A stretch of DNA of 63,803 nt, filler included, from Folioceros fuciformis (taxonomy: Eukaryota), in NCBI GenBank assembly GCA_049999805.1. It is 5 parts of 4 records of this genome, joined end to end, with 100 filler letters (N's around TTAATTAATTAA, not from the genome) between each part and the next. Parts side by side here need not be neighbours in the genome. Positions count along the whole stretch, not along the records: positions 22,028 to 40,674 come from JBNGIO010006142.1; positions 40,775 to 59,228 come from JBNGIO010006142.1; 3 more parts are not named here. One strand, 5' to 3'. The translations under genes were made by a program, and so were the position numbers. The notes below the pieces were generated by a model. That model worked only from the letters and a program-made list of their open reading frames with translations, was not told the DNA's origin and searched no databases. The number at the start of each line of letters is the position of its first letter. The first letter of the stretch is position 1. Positions 38,347 to 49,503 of this stretch are shown piece by piece.

Positions 38347-39218
38347 AGAACTCAGGAAGAGGCCTGCAAACAAGTGAACATGCTGTCCGAAGCAGGTCAA
38401 CCCATGTGTCTGAATCCGGGAGACGCATGTCAAGTTCAGTCGGCTGGAAACTGGCAAGGTGCGCTCATGCTGAACCTGTGTCCAATGTAGAGGATTGACA
38501 AGTTGAGCAGCAGGACGCACAAGCACTCACACCAGGCGTCGTGGGTTGTGCTGAAGACATGAGCTTTGCGGCCAGCATGACCGGATCCTACCCACAGACA
38601 GGGACTTGAGAAGTTTCCTTGGACAGTCACATCATCTGCGACATCAGGAGGACCAGCAATCTGACCCTCAGGCAGTGAGGACTCAAATCCTCATCCCATC
38701 TCTGATCTAGCTGAGGATCTGAAAATTCTCTCTAAATCACATCAAGAGAAAAAATTGTCTGGGTTGTTCTGATCAAACAGTCTTAAGGTAATTCAAACAC
38801 TGAGAGGACTGAAGTGTGGTTACGATTGGTCGATGCGATTCCCGATATAGACAACAAGAGCCCGTGGATTGCGGGACAGGCAGCTGTCCATGTCCAGCGA
38901 AGCATAGCCGCCCAGACTTAGATCCAGACGATGGACAAGACAAAGATGGCTGCGAGTTTGGACCCATCTGCGTTTTAATCTGGCTGCCTACCACTCGACC
39001 TCGAAGTGATTCGCTCAGTCAGGTACTGGCATCGAGATAGTGTAGTGAGGTTTGGGATTTGTTAGCTAGCCCTGGTATCGAACTTTGGAGTGTGATTCGA
39101 GCATGTGGCCACTCTGCGTTTGAAGGAACGTAGGTGCGATTTGTTGTCAGGGGAAATCTTTGGATTCGAATGCATTCGATTTAATGGCTGCTCGAACATG
39201 GTCGTGTGGTGATTTCAG

Positions 39219-40172
39219 ATGGGAGCTCAGGTGTCCAAGCAGGTGGTCAAGCGGAAGGTGGTGAAGGAGGAGAAGATCAAGCTGAAGGCCCTGCTAACAG
39301 AGAGCGGGTGTGCGTTTCCAGGATGTGACTTGAAGCAGGAGAACAAAAAGGAGTGGATGTCCACCTTGGAGAAGGACAAGGTGAAGATCAAGAGCATAGT
39401 GTGGCCAGGCACTCACGACTCCGCCACGAACGGCATCGGCAACCTGGTGACCCGGCCCTTCGCAGAGTGTCAATCCCTGTCCATCTACGAGCAGTTGTGC
39501 AAGGGAGTGCGGGTGCTGGACATCCGGGTGGAGACAAACCGCAGAGTCTGCCACGGCATCCTGAAATCCTACAGCGTGGACCAGGTGATCTCCGGAGTGA
39601 AGCAGTTTGTGTCAGAGACAAAGGAGGAAGTGATCATCCTTGAGATAAGGACGGAGTTCGGGCACGAGGACCCTCCTGACTTCGACAAGTACCTGATCGA
39701 GCAGCTGGGCGACTACCTTGTCCCACAGGACGAGGCCATCTTCGACCTGAGCTTGCAGGAAGTCCTGCCGAAGAGAGTGATATGCGTGTGGAAGCCTCAG
39801 AAGGCCCCGGCTCCGTCCCCGGGCAGCCCACTGTGGAGCTCGGGCTACCTGAAGGACAACTGGATCGACACCGACCTGCCCGCCACCAAGTTCGAATCCA
39901 ACCTCAACTTCCTGAGCCAGCAGGAGCCGTGCGATGTCCGCAGGTTCTTCTACCGGGTGGAGAACACGGCCACTCCCCAGCCTGACAACCCGGTGCTGTG
40001 CGTCACCCCGGTGACGAAACGCATCAAACCCTATAGCCGCCTCTTCATCCAGGAGGCGTACAAGCGGGGCATCGCTGACCGGTTGCAGATCTTCTCCGAA
40101 GACTACGTGGAGGACGACTTCATCGACGCCTGCATCGGCCTGACGGTGGCTCGGTCTCAGAGTACGGCGTGA
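39219..40172 (+). CDS. PI-PLC X-domain (PLC-like phosphodiesterase) protein, intronless, 317 aa
   Basis: WPGTHDSAT, CQSLSIYEQL..GVRVLDIR, VCHG, WIDTDLP. N-terminal MGAQVS fits an N-myristoylation motif. Confidence 0.92.
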   Translation: MGAQVSKQVVKRKVVKEEKIKLKALLTESGCAFPGCDLKQENKKEWMSTLEKDKVKIKSIVWPGTHDSATNGIGNLVTRPFAECQSLSIYEQLCKGVRVLDIRVETNRRVCHGILKSYSVDQVISGVKQFVSETKEEVIILEIRTEFGHEDPPDFDKYLIEQLGDYLVPQDEAIFDLSLQEVLPKRVICVWKPQKAPAPSPGSPLWSSGYLKDNWIDTDLPATKFESNLNFLSQQEPCDVRRFFYRVENTATPQPDNPVLCVTPVTKRIKPYSRLFIQEAYKRGIADRLQIFSEDYVEDDFIDACIGLTVARSQSTA

Positions 40173-40774
40173 AGGCAAGGAGGCAGGGAGGTAGGGGTGT
40201 CGCGGTCACCGAGGTAACGGAGCAGGCGATCGAGGTGCGGGCAGTGGTGTTGCGGGAGGTGGCGGAAGGTATCCGGCTTCACGCGCTGTTTGATGATGTG
40301 ATACAGCATGTCAGAATGCTGACCAGGAGCAGTAGTAGTGGTAGTAGGGTGTGGCAGCTTGTTCTTGGAACCCCGTTGTTGGGACTTGTGAGAGTGGTGA
40401 AGCACAAACCCCTGCAGGCTCACACGCTACGTTGCTGAACGGTGTCAGCCTTGCTGAGAGCCAAGGGTCATGCCTTTTCTAGCCTGCGGTGCTTGTCAGG
40501 TGCAGTTTCCACGGAGCACAGCTGGGTTGGGAATGTCCAGGAATTCAGAACCCGGATCCTGGTGTCTGTCAGGAGAATGGCTGGCTGGAGATGGTGCGTC
40601 CTGTGAGGTAGTGTACTCCGGAGCCTACAGGAGGCGAGGGAATGGAATCGTTGTGTGCAATCATTTGTTAACAGNNNNNNNNNNNNNNNNNNNNNNNNNN
40701 NNNNNNNNNNNNNNNNNNTTAATTAATTAANNNNNNNNNNNNNNNNNNNNNNNNNNNNNNNNNNNNNNNNNNNN

Positions 40775-40966
40775 CCTTATTGGAGATTATTGCCAACAAG
40801 AAGACATTCTCCTCTCTAAGGGCACAAGTGATTCCAAATCATCTCCCTCCCTAGGGTGAGAAAGCTAAGCCCCTTATTGGAGATTATTGCCAACAAGAAG
40901 ACATTCTCCTCTCTAAGGACACAAGTGATTCCAAATCATCTCCCTCCCTAGGGTGAGAAAGCTAAC
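40775..40966. repeat. 2 x 97-bp tandem duplication at a contig edge
   Basis: CCTTATTGGAGATTATTGCC... at 40775 and 40872, near-identical. Confidence 0.9.
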
Positions 40967-43900
40967 TTGTTGTCAGTCGCTACGCTTGAACTTCCTCAAG
41001 GATGCTAACCTCACCACCTCTATGGCAATTCGAACTTGCCCCCACATCCTCCACGGCAAGGATTTGACTAGCAGTGGCTCTTTCCTATCGTAAACCACTA
41101 GCATCCAGTTGAGCCATAAGCTCGAGAGACGAGAGCTCCACAATAGGCCCTACCATTGGAACATCTTGCGTCATCTACCTACTTTCTTGCAACTTGGTTG
41201 GTTGCATTGTTGAGAGCAAGTCGTTTTTTGCTTCGAATGTATTGTCATATGTGAACATGTTCACTTCAGCGAAACCTGCCCATTCCCTTACGTTCGAGTG
41301 GCGCTTCATATGTTCAAAGTCCTTTTGAAGTTATATGAAACGCTCACCTCGATTGACCATTTTGTATTCTTTTTCAACTAAAATGTTATATATTTTTTAC
41401 AATGTGTAAGTCTTATTGTTTTAAATTCCTTTATGATTATAGCTATAGCATTGATTATGACTTCTCAGCCAGCCATATAGTAACTTGGATTGTAACCATT
41501 TTTGCATTCTTTTGTGGGTATAATTTTAGTCTCGTAAACAAAACAAATCTTTTGGCATAATTCAACACTTGATATAAGGACTTTGTGAGAAGTCACTTCA
41601 AAGCTAACATAAAAAAATATCATAACTTTCTTGTCATCTGATAATAATGATAATATTAGAAAACTGTGTGCAAAAACTTTCTTCACTTAACTCGATGTTG
41701 AGGATTAGAACTCTATATATGTAGCACCTGTGTCCACACAGAAACACCAAAGTCTAGGAGTTCTTGTACCTTATGTATGTTTAAGATTTTTCAGTTGCCA
41801 AGTGAGTTCATTGGAAATGTTTTGACACAGTGTTTTTATCTTATGTTCAGTCGATAGAATTGTTAGATGTTCGCTTACATGAAAATAGTTTTTACTTTGT
41901 GATTTTTTTTTTGGGTTTGATTTACTATACCTTTTGGATTTACCTTTGTTTGTGTGACTACCTTTAATGTTACTGTGCAGTCATGACAGACAACATTTTG
42001 GAGATTCGTGTTACATCTGGTTGTTCTGAGGCTGCATTTCTAAGGAAAGCAAGTAATGCAGAGGAACATCTTTTGCGATCGGAGTTATCCGTTGTGCTAG
42101 TGTGTGCTCTTGGTTGTGCCGTGGAAGATGCTCAAAATTTGATCAAGCTGATCAAAGACAGGATTCCTACCATTCAGGTATATTTTGATTTAGTTCTTAT
42201 TATAATGATATCAAGTGGTTGAGTGGATTCCGATAAGATCATCTTGTTGTGCAGATGATGTTTGATTTAGTTCCTACTACTTTGATCAATCATCAAGCGG
42301 AAGAATGTAGAGTCAAGAAGCTGACATGTACCATATTTTGGGGGAACACTTCAAGATATGACATCATTTCTTTCAAAGATCGTAGCATGAACAAGATTAT
42401 TCTCCAGCTTCCAACACATCTTGGAGCAGAGTGTGGTGATCCTTTTTCAGATGAGGAAGTCGAAGTCAAGCATGGTGGTCCTTTTGCACATCAGGGAGTG
42501 CAGAAAGAGAAGGGAAAGTAGGAAAAGGAAGATGCTCAGAGCGAAGTAAAGAAGATTGACAAAGACATAGAGGACCTCTAGCAGAAAGAGAAGGTAGAGC
42601 AGGAAGAGGAAGAAGTGTGAAGTCGAGAAGATTGACAAAGACATAGAGGACCTCTAATGATATGACGATAGCAAGTGTTAGCTAGCATAGTTTTATTGCC
42701 TAAAAGTAATAGATTGGAAGAAGTATGAGAAGCACTTCCAGTCCATTGGGCGTGTCCCAAGTATGACAAGAGCCCATTCCTTACCTTTCGTCTGCCTGCT
42801 GGAAGTCCCTGCCTTTCATCTTCTGCTGGAAGGCAGAGTCGTTACTCTAGGTTCAAGTTGAATGCTCCATTGTTGGTTCATCAACCGGAAGCTGAATGGT
42901 TGGAGTCGAGCTGAATGGTTAGAATCGAGTTGCCGCTCCGTCAACCGAAAGTCTGATGCTAGCAGTCCAGTTGAGGAACCGGGCTTGACTGCCAATCAAA
43001 TGTGGCAAACGGGCTGTTGCATTGTCCACTGGCAATCGCATTCTTGTGTATCTGAATGCGAATACATTGTCACTTGAAATTCACTGCCGTCTTCTTGTCG
43101 TGCAGTTGCACCGCCTCATCCAAAGAGCACGGGGACAAAGTACCCAAGACGAGACGAAATCTCCAGACTCTCTCATGCACATCAACCTCACCACATGTGC
43201 GGGTCCACATCAACAATTCATGGACCACAGACTTGAACACGCCTTCTTGCCATTCCCTCCTGGGGGACAGGAAAGTTGTAGGCTACCCACCCGATCTGCT
43301 CCCCTACCAGGTCTGCTTCGCAGCCGGTGGCAAAAGTAGGAAATTGCCACATATGGCGGAGTGGCGTCGCAAATTTGAAGAGAGTGTTACAGCTCCATCA
43401 ATGGTCACCTCCCTACAGAACAATGTACTGAAGGTTGAGCTCCGAATGCCTTGCTAGCTGCATGTGATGACAATATGTGTCAGCGGAAACAGTGTCCGCT
43501 CGAAGCCCCCTTGCAATCTGATTGGATCAACATTCCAGTCCAAAGGGCTCACTCAGGTTAGATTCCGATGTTCCAATACCTGCGGCAATACATTGCATGC
43601 CACTGGATCGTGCTGCTACCTTGCCTTCCCTTTCGATCCCACACAACACCATGTGAACGAGTTGCTGCAGATTGCCCTCCTCCGCCTACGCAGCCGCACA
43701 GCTCTGCAGTGGCCAAGGGGTGGCGGACCGCCCCGACCGGGTGCGTCTTGTCACCCCAGCTCGTTCTTCCCGGTAGTGCTGCAGCCATCAGCTCTGCTGC
43801 AGCGGCTCACTCAAAAATTAGTACGTGATTTACATGTGAGGAGAAACGTGTCTGAAGCAACCGTAATAGCGAGCTACACCATCCATACAGCTCACAGTCC

Positions 43901-44242
43901 TCCGTTCTGAACCTCCTTCACCATTGAAAATGGTGTGCTGAATCTGCTGCTGCCACCATTCCTGGGAAGAGCCCCACGCAAGTCCCGCAGCTCAGCGTTT
44001 CTTGATGTCGATTGGGCAAGTGTTGCGAGTGGTTTGTTCCCACGGACAATTTGTTCTTGGATTTGGCTTTCCAATTGTCATCTTCTTCGAAGATACGCAC
44101 CTCAGGTGCGTCAGTGTGAGCAGGAGCTGGAACGCCATGTCCGCATCAGAGAAGCGGCGAATTTCAAAGGATTCTGGCACGGACCCAGAGTTAGCCGCGG
44201 AATTGGGCATCACATAGCACCAGGAGCAGTTCGCTTGGGAGT

Positions 44243-47200
44243 ATGGCCGGTGAAGTTCCGGGCATGGTACGAAGGGCGCACAGCCAGGTCTGGAAGTACA
44301 GCGCCATTGCAAGACCGGGAGCCCGTCCCCGAGGATGGTTGGATTCCGGCGAGGGCCGTCGCCAGGAGGATATGTGGCAAACTGACAAAAGCCCCCGGCC
44401 GCCTGACTTCCGGCGGCACAGGCAATCTCAAGAGGTCCTCTGGTTGAACAACCTTTACAGGCCAGAGATTGCTGCTGTGAATATGGATGTGGGGATGGGT
44501 CCTTGTGCCTCCGACAGGAACCTCCTGGACTGTTCTCACTCTCGCAGGCTTGGAGGTGGCGACAGGGAAGTAACAGCTGAAACCGTGAGGAAGCTCAATC
44601 AGGATGGCCACATCCATGGTGCTGTCGAGGTCTTGGAGGCCTTGTTGCAGTCAGACCGTTGTGTTTCCAAATCCCTCGTCTATGCTGTTTTGAAGAAGTG
44701 TGTAGCCAGGAAGGATCTTGCTTTGGGAACCCGCGTTCATGCTGCTACTGTGCAAAAGGGGTACCATTCGGACACTTTCCTGGGCTTCCACATCCTTAGA
44801 ATGTATGCTTCTCATGGCAGGTTGCAAGAGGCGATGGACGCGTTTGACGCCGTTGTGGAACCCGATGCCTTTACGTGGTCTGGGATAATTTCTGCGCATG
44901 TTAAACAGGGACAGGACAGGCAGGCCATGGAATTGTATCAACGGATGCGAAGGTGTGGTGTCACGCCGGACGGCCATGTGTTTGTGGCAGCTCTTCAGGC
45001 TTGTGCAAGGGGGTCAGACTTGAAGTCTGGGAAGCAGGTGCACGCGGATGTGCTGGCCTGTGGTGTGGAGTCGAATGTGTTTGTCTCTAGCTGCTTGGTG
45101 GACATGTATGCCAAGTGTGGCAGCTTGGAAGATGCTCAGGGGGTTTTTGACGGACTTGGAGAAAGAGATGTAGTGACGTGGAATGCCATGATAGCAGGGT
45201 ATTCCCAGCAGGGCATGGGGGACCAAGCCCTTCATCTGTACGGTGCTATGCTAGAAGAAGGCAAGGCCGTACCCAATTCCGTGACATTTGCGTCTGCCCT
45301 TCAGGCATGTGCGAGCGTGGGCACCTCAGCTTTGGGTAAGGGGAGGCAGGTTCACGCTCAGATTAGAGGTCAAGGACATGATGTTCATTCGTTTGTCGCC
45401 AGCAGTTTGGTGAACATGTATGCGAAGTGTGGGAGCTTGGAAGACGCCCAGAGAGTCTTTGATGAATTTGGTCAAAAAGATGTGGTGACATGGAATGCCA
45501 TGATCGCAGGCTATTCCCAGGAGGGCAGGGGTCAGGAAGCCCTTTATCTCTACAATGCTATGCAAGAGGAAGGCAAGGCAGTGCCCAATTCCGTGACATT
45601 TGTGTGCCTCCTGCAGGCGTGTGCAAGCCTGGGCTGCCAGGCACTGGAGCAGGGCAGGCAGCTTCACATGCAGATTGGAGAACGAGGACTGCAAGCCGAT
45701 GTGTATGTAGCTAGCAGTTTGATGAACATGTACGCCAAGTGTGGCAGCTTGGAAGATGCACGGAGGGTATTTGATACGCTTGGTGAGAAAACGGCAGTGA
45801 CGTGGAATGCCATGATAGCAGGGTATTCCCAGCAGGGCATGGGGCAGGAAGCACTTCGGCTCTACAGTGCCATGCAAGCAGAGGGCGTCTTTGTACCTGA
45901 TTCTGTGACTTTTGTGTGCCTGCTCCAGGCATGTGCAAGTGTGGGGACCCTGGCGTTGGAGCAGGGGAGGCATCTTCATGCACAAATTACAGAGCAAGGG
46001 CAGGAAGATGTGTTTGTAGCCAACAGTTTAATGAACATGTATGCAAAGTGTGGCAGCTTGGAAGATGCTCGTAGGATTTTTGATGGACTGCATCAGAAGG
46101 ATGCGGTGATGTGGAATGCCATGATAGCAGGGTATTCGCAGCAGGGTATGGGGCAGGAAGCCCTTCGACTCTACAGTATCATGCGAGAAGAGGGCGTGGC
46201 TCTACCTGATTCTGTGACATTTGTTTGTCTCTTGCAGGCATGTGCGAGTGTGGGCACCCCAGGCTTAGAGATGGGGAAGCAGCTTCATATGCAGATCAGA
46301 GAACAAGGACAGGACGCCGATGTGTTTGTAGCCAGCAGTTTGGTGAACATGTATGCAAAGTGTGGCAGCTTGAAGGATGCTCAGAGTGTGTTCGACGGAG
46401 TTGATAAAAAAGATGTGGCAATGTGGAATGCTTTGATATCAGGGTATTCTCAGCAGGGTATGGGACAGCAGGCCCTTCATCTACACAGTGTTATGCAAGA
46501 AGAAGGTGAAGTTATACTTGATTCTGTGACCTTTGTGTGTCTCTTACAGGCATGCGGAAATGTTGGCGCCATGGCTTTGGAGACGGGGAGGCAGCTTCAT
46601 TTGCAGATCAGAGAACAAGGACATCAATGTGACCCATTTGTAGCCAACAGTTTGGTAAACATGTATGCCAAGTGTGGCAGCTTGGAAGAGGCTCAGACAG
46701 TGTTCGAAGGACTTCGTCAGAAAGATGTGGTGACATGGAATGCCATGATAGGAGGGTATTCGCAGCAGGGCATGGGGCAAGAGGCCCTTCATCTCTATCA
46801 TGCTATGCAAGAAAATGGCATGGCTGCACCCGATTCTGTGACATTCGCATGCCTCCTGCAGGCATGTTCAAGTCTAGGCACCGCAGCTTTGGAGACGGGG
46901 AAACAGCTCCATACTCAGATTAGAGGCAAAGGACATGAAGCTGATGTGTTTGTGGCCAACAGCTTAATAAATATGTATGTAAAGTGTGGAAGTGTGGAAG
47001 ATGCTCAAAGAGTATTTGATGGACTCAGTCAAAAGAATGTGGTGACATGGAATGCCATGATAGCAGGATATTCCCAGAAAGGCATGGTGCAGGAAGCCCT
47101 TGATGCTTATTACGCAATGCAAGAGGAAAGCATGGTTGTACCTGACTGCGTGACATTGGTGTGTCTCCTGCAGGCATGTGCAAATTTGGGAACTCCTGCT

Positions 47201-48256
47201 TTTGAGAAAGGAAAGCATCTGCACACACTGATCAGAGAGCAAGGACTTGAAGCTGACATGTATGTAGCTAGTAGTTTGGTGAACATGTATGCAAAGTGCG
47301 GCAGCTTGGAGAACGCACGGAGAGTGTTTGATGGAGTTGGTCGAAAAGATGCGGTGATGTGGAGTGCCATGATAGCAGGGTACTCCCAGCAGGATATGGG
47401 ACAAGAAGCGCTCCGTCTGTACAGTGTTATGCAAGATGGAAGCGCGGGCGCACTGGATTCCATGACATTTGTGTGCCTCCTACAGGCGTGTGCAAACGTG
47501 GCAGCCTTGTATCTGGGAACGCAGCTACATGCACAGATTGTAGGGCAAGGGCTTCACGGCGATTTGTTTGTGGCTGGCAGTTTAATTAACATGTATGGAA
47601 AATGTGGGAGCATGGTTGATGCACAACAGGTTTTTGATTCATTGCCTGAACTAGACGTTGTCGTGTGGAATGCACTGATTGCGGGATACACGTGTCAAGG
47701 GGATAGTGACGCAGTCTTTCACCTGTTTGAGAGAATGAAGGAGTCTGGCATGCAGCCTGACAGCATCACGTTTCTCAGTGTACTCACAGCTTGCAGTCAT
47801 GTGGGTCTAGTGAACGAGGGACGGGAGTACTTTGAGACTATGGGTAGACTCTATAGCCTCACTCCCACAGAGAACCACTACACGTGCATGGTGGATCTCC
47901 TGGGGCGTGCAGGACACGTGGATGAAGCACTAGATTTAGTGAGGAGAATGCCAGCATTACCGAATGCTGCAATTTGGCACACTCTGATGGGTGCTTGTCA
48001 AAAGTGGAATAATGTGGAGGTGGGATTCCATGCTTTCAATGAAGCATTGAAGCTGGACAGGAAAGATGCCGCTGCATATGTGCTAATGTCAAACATATAC
48101 CTTGGCGCCCGGATGTGGGATCGGGCACAGGACGTGCAGGCAAAGAGAACAAATATCAAGGCATGGAAGCAGCCAGGTCAAAGTTGGTGGACAGACAGTG
48201 TTGGACTGTTGCATAGCTTCTTGGTTGGGGAGGAAATGCGTTACCAGCGGTTTTGA
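44243..48256 (+). CDS. PLS-class PPR protein (about 10 PLS triplets, E1-E2, PG box only); organellar RNA-editing specificity factor
   Basis: Repeating VTWNAMIAGY / VTFVCLLQACA / LVNMYAKCGS, then HYTCMVDLLGRAG. C-terminus KQPGQSWWTD...HSFLVGE followed by a stop. Start codon uncertain. Confidence 0.96.
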   Translation: MAGEVPGMVRRAHSQVWKYSAIARPGARPRGWLDSGEGRRQEDMWQTDKSPRPPDFRRHRQSQEVLWLNNLYRPEIAAVNMDVGMGPCASDRNLLDCSHSRRLGGGDREVTAETVRKLNQDGHIHGAVEVLEALLQSDRCVSKSLVYAVLKKCVARKDLALGTRVHAATVQKGYHSDTFLGFHILRMYASHGRLQEAMDAFDAVVEPDAFTWSGIISAHVKQGQDRQAMELYQRMRRCGVTPDGHVFVAALQACARGSDLKSGKQVHADVLACGVESNVFVSSCLVDMYAKCGSLEDAQGVFDGLGERDVVTWNAMIAGYSQQGMGDQALHLYGAMLEEGKAVPNSVTFASALQACASVGTSALGKGRQVHAQIRGQGHDVHSFVASSLVNMYAKCGSLEDAQRVFDEFGQKDVVTWNAMIAGYSQEGRGQEALYLYNAMQEEGKAVPNSVTFVCLLQACASLGCQALEQGRQLHMQIGERGLQADVYVASSLMNMYAKCGSLEDARRVFDTLGEKTAVTWNAMIAGYSQQGMGQEALRLYSAMQAEGVFVPDSVTFVCLLQACASVGTLALEQGRHLHAQITEQGQEDVFVANSLMNMYAKCGSLEDARRIFDGLHQKDAVMWNAMIAGYSQQGMGQEALRLYSIMREEGVALPDSVTFVCLLQACASVGTPGLEMGKQLHMQIREQGQDADVFVASSLVNMYAKCGSLKDAQSVFDGVDKKDVAMWNALISGYSQQGMGQQALHLHSVMQEEGEVILDSVTFVCLLQACGNVGAMALETGRQLHLQIREQGHQCDPFVANSLVNMYAKCGSLEEAQTVFEGLRQKDVVTWNAMIGGYSQQGMGQEALHLYHAMQENGMAAPDSVTFACLLQACSSLGTAALETGKQLHTQIRGKGHEADVFVANSLINMYVKCGSVEDAQRVFDGLSQKNVVTWNAMIAGYSQKGMVQEALDAYYAMQEESMVVPDCVTLVCLLQACANLGTPAFEKGKHLHTLIREQGLEADMYVASSLVNMYAKCGSLENARRVFDGVGRKDAVMWSAMIAGYSQQDMGQEALRLYSVMQDGSAGALDSMTFVCLLQACANVAALYLGTQLHAQIVGQGLHGDLFVAGSLINMYGKCGSMVDAQQVFDSLPELDVVVWNALIAGYTCQGDSDAVFHLFERMKESGMQPDSITFLSVLTACSHVGLVNEGREYFETMGRLYSLTPTENHYTCMVDLLGRAGHVDEALDLVRRMPALPNAAIWHTLMGACQKWNNVEVGFHAFNEALKLDRKDAAAYVLMSNIYLGARMWDRAQDVQAKRTNIKAWKQPGQSWWTDSVGLLHSFLVGEEMRYQRF

Positions 48257-48280
48257 ATGCCACTAGACCCTAAACCCTAA

Positions 48281-48636
48281 ATTTGTCACACTGTGTTGGG
48301 AGCCTGTCAACAGGGGAATAACGTGGGGGTGGGATGCCATGTTTCCAATGACGCATTGAAGGTGGACAGGAAAGATGCTGCCGCATGTGTGTTGATGTCA
48401 AATATATACATTGGCGCCCGCCCAGATGTGGGATCGGGCATAGGATGTGCAGGTTAGAACATAAAAAATCAAGGCGTGGAAGCGGCCAGGTCAGAGTCGG
48501 TGGACAGATAATGGCCGCTGGACTTCAGACAGGGACGAAGATCAAGGCCCTGAAGCAGCCGGGTCAGAGTAGGCGGACAGATAATGATGGTCTGGCGTAT
48601 ACCTTCGTTGGAAAGGAGAGGCCCTCCCAGGGGTAA
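48281..48636 (+). pseudogene. Degenerate duplicated E2/PG-box fragments of the PPR 3' end
   Basis: Recopies about 47971-48230 with frameshifts. The PG box appears twice (WKRPGQSRWTD and LKQPGQSRRTD). Confidence 0.85.
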
Positions 48637-49503
48637 CGAAGGCTGAATCAGCTAGACTGTGCGGCGTGTGGTTTCTTCAGTTTCCCGACCGGGTCCACAA
48701 GTTCCCGCTCAGCGCCACCTTGAAATTCGTCGTAAGCTCAACCTGATTGTGGATCGTGGAATCTGCAGGCATGGATCTGACACAGGAGTTGCCGATTCCA
48801 TCTCGAGGTATGTATGGACATCACCACAAAATCCACTGCAAAACAAAGCCACGTAGTGCCCCGCGCCCTTCCACTGCAGACAGAGATTGTTCAAACGCGC
48901 ACTACAGGCGTCCAAAGGGAGCTGCACAGAGACGGAATGTAAAGGGAAGCCCACAGACGCATCGACAATCCGTGGAGGTAACGGTTCTTTCGTGGGACAA
49001 GAAGAGAGCAATCCATCGCCCGAAGCTCTGCATGTGCGTTAAATGCAGTACCCTCCTACAACAGTTCCTTCACGGAAGTTTGGCAGATTGGAGACGGAAG
49101 TTGATGAAGTTGTGCGTTGCGTCGGATAATTATTATCTTTCCCCCACCCGGTTGTGGATGATAAGAACCGACTGAAAATCCGACACGAAAGGTTCCAACC
49201 ATATCACAGCCATTACGGGATGGAATACAAGCAACGTATGTTTATGTAAGTGTCTGTAACTCAACACACATGCCTGATGACATGCCACGATGTACGACAG
49301 CAAAAAGAGTTTGCATGGGTTTGCAGAAGCATTGCAGGCCAGGGACAGAGGGCTGTGGAAACTTGGTGTCACGATTGCGGCGGGGAAGCAGGCGTTGTGT
49401 GCAATGGACACCTTAATCTGGGCAAGCAGGCCAATTGGCTCACGGGAGCTGGGCTTTGGGTTCAGGCTTGTGTGCATCGCTTCAGCGTGTGCTTCTGGGA
49501 ATC

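Noticed and set aside
41983..44100. Short ORFs, a Glu/Lys-rich patch with a 31-bp duplication, and a possible decayed gene
   Set aside because: No recognisable motif or consistent frame; probably degraded transposon or pseudogene sequence
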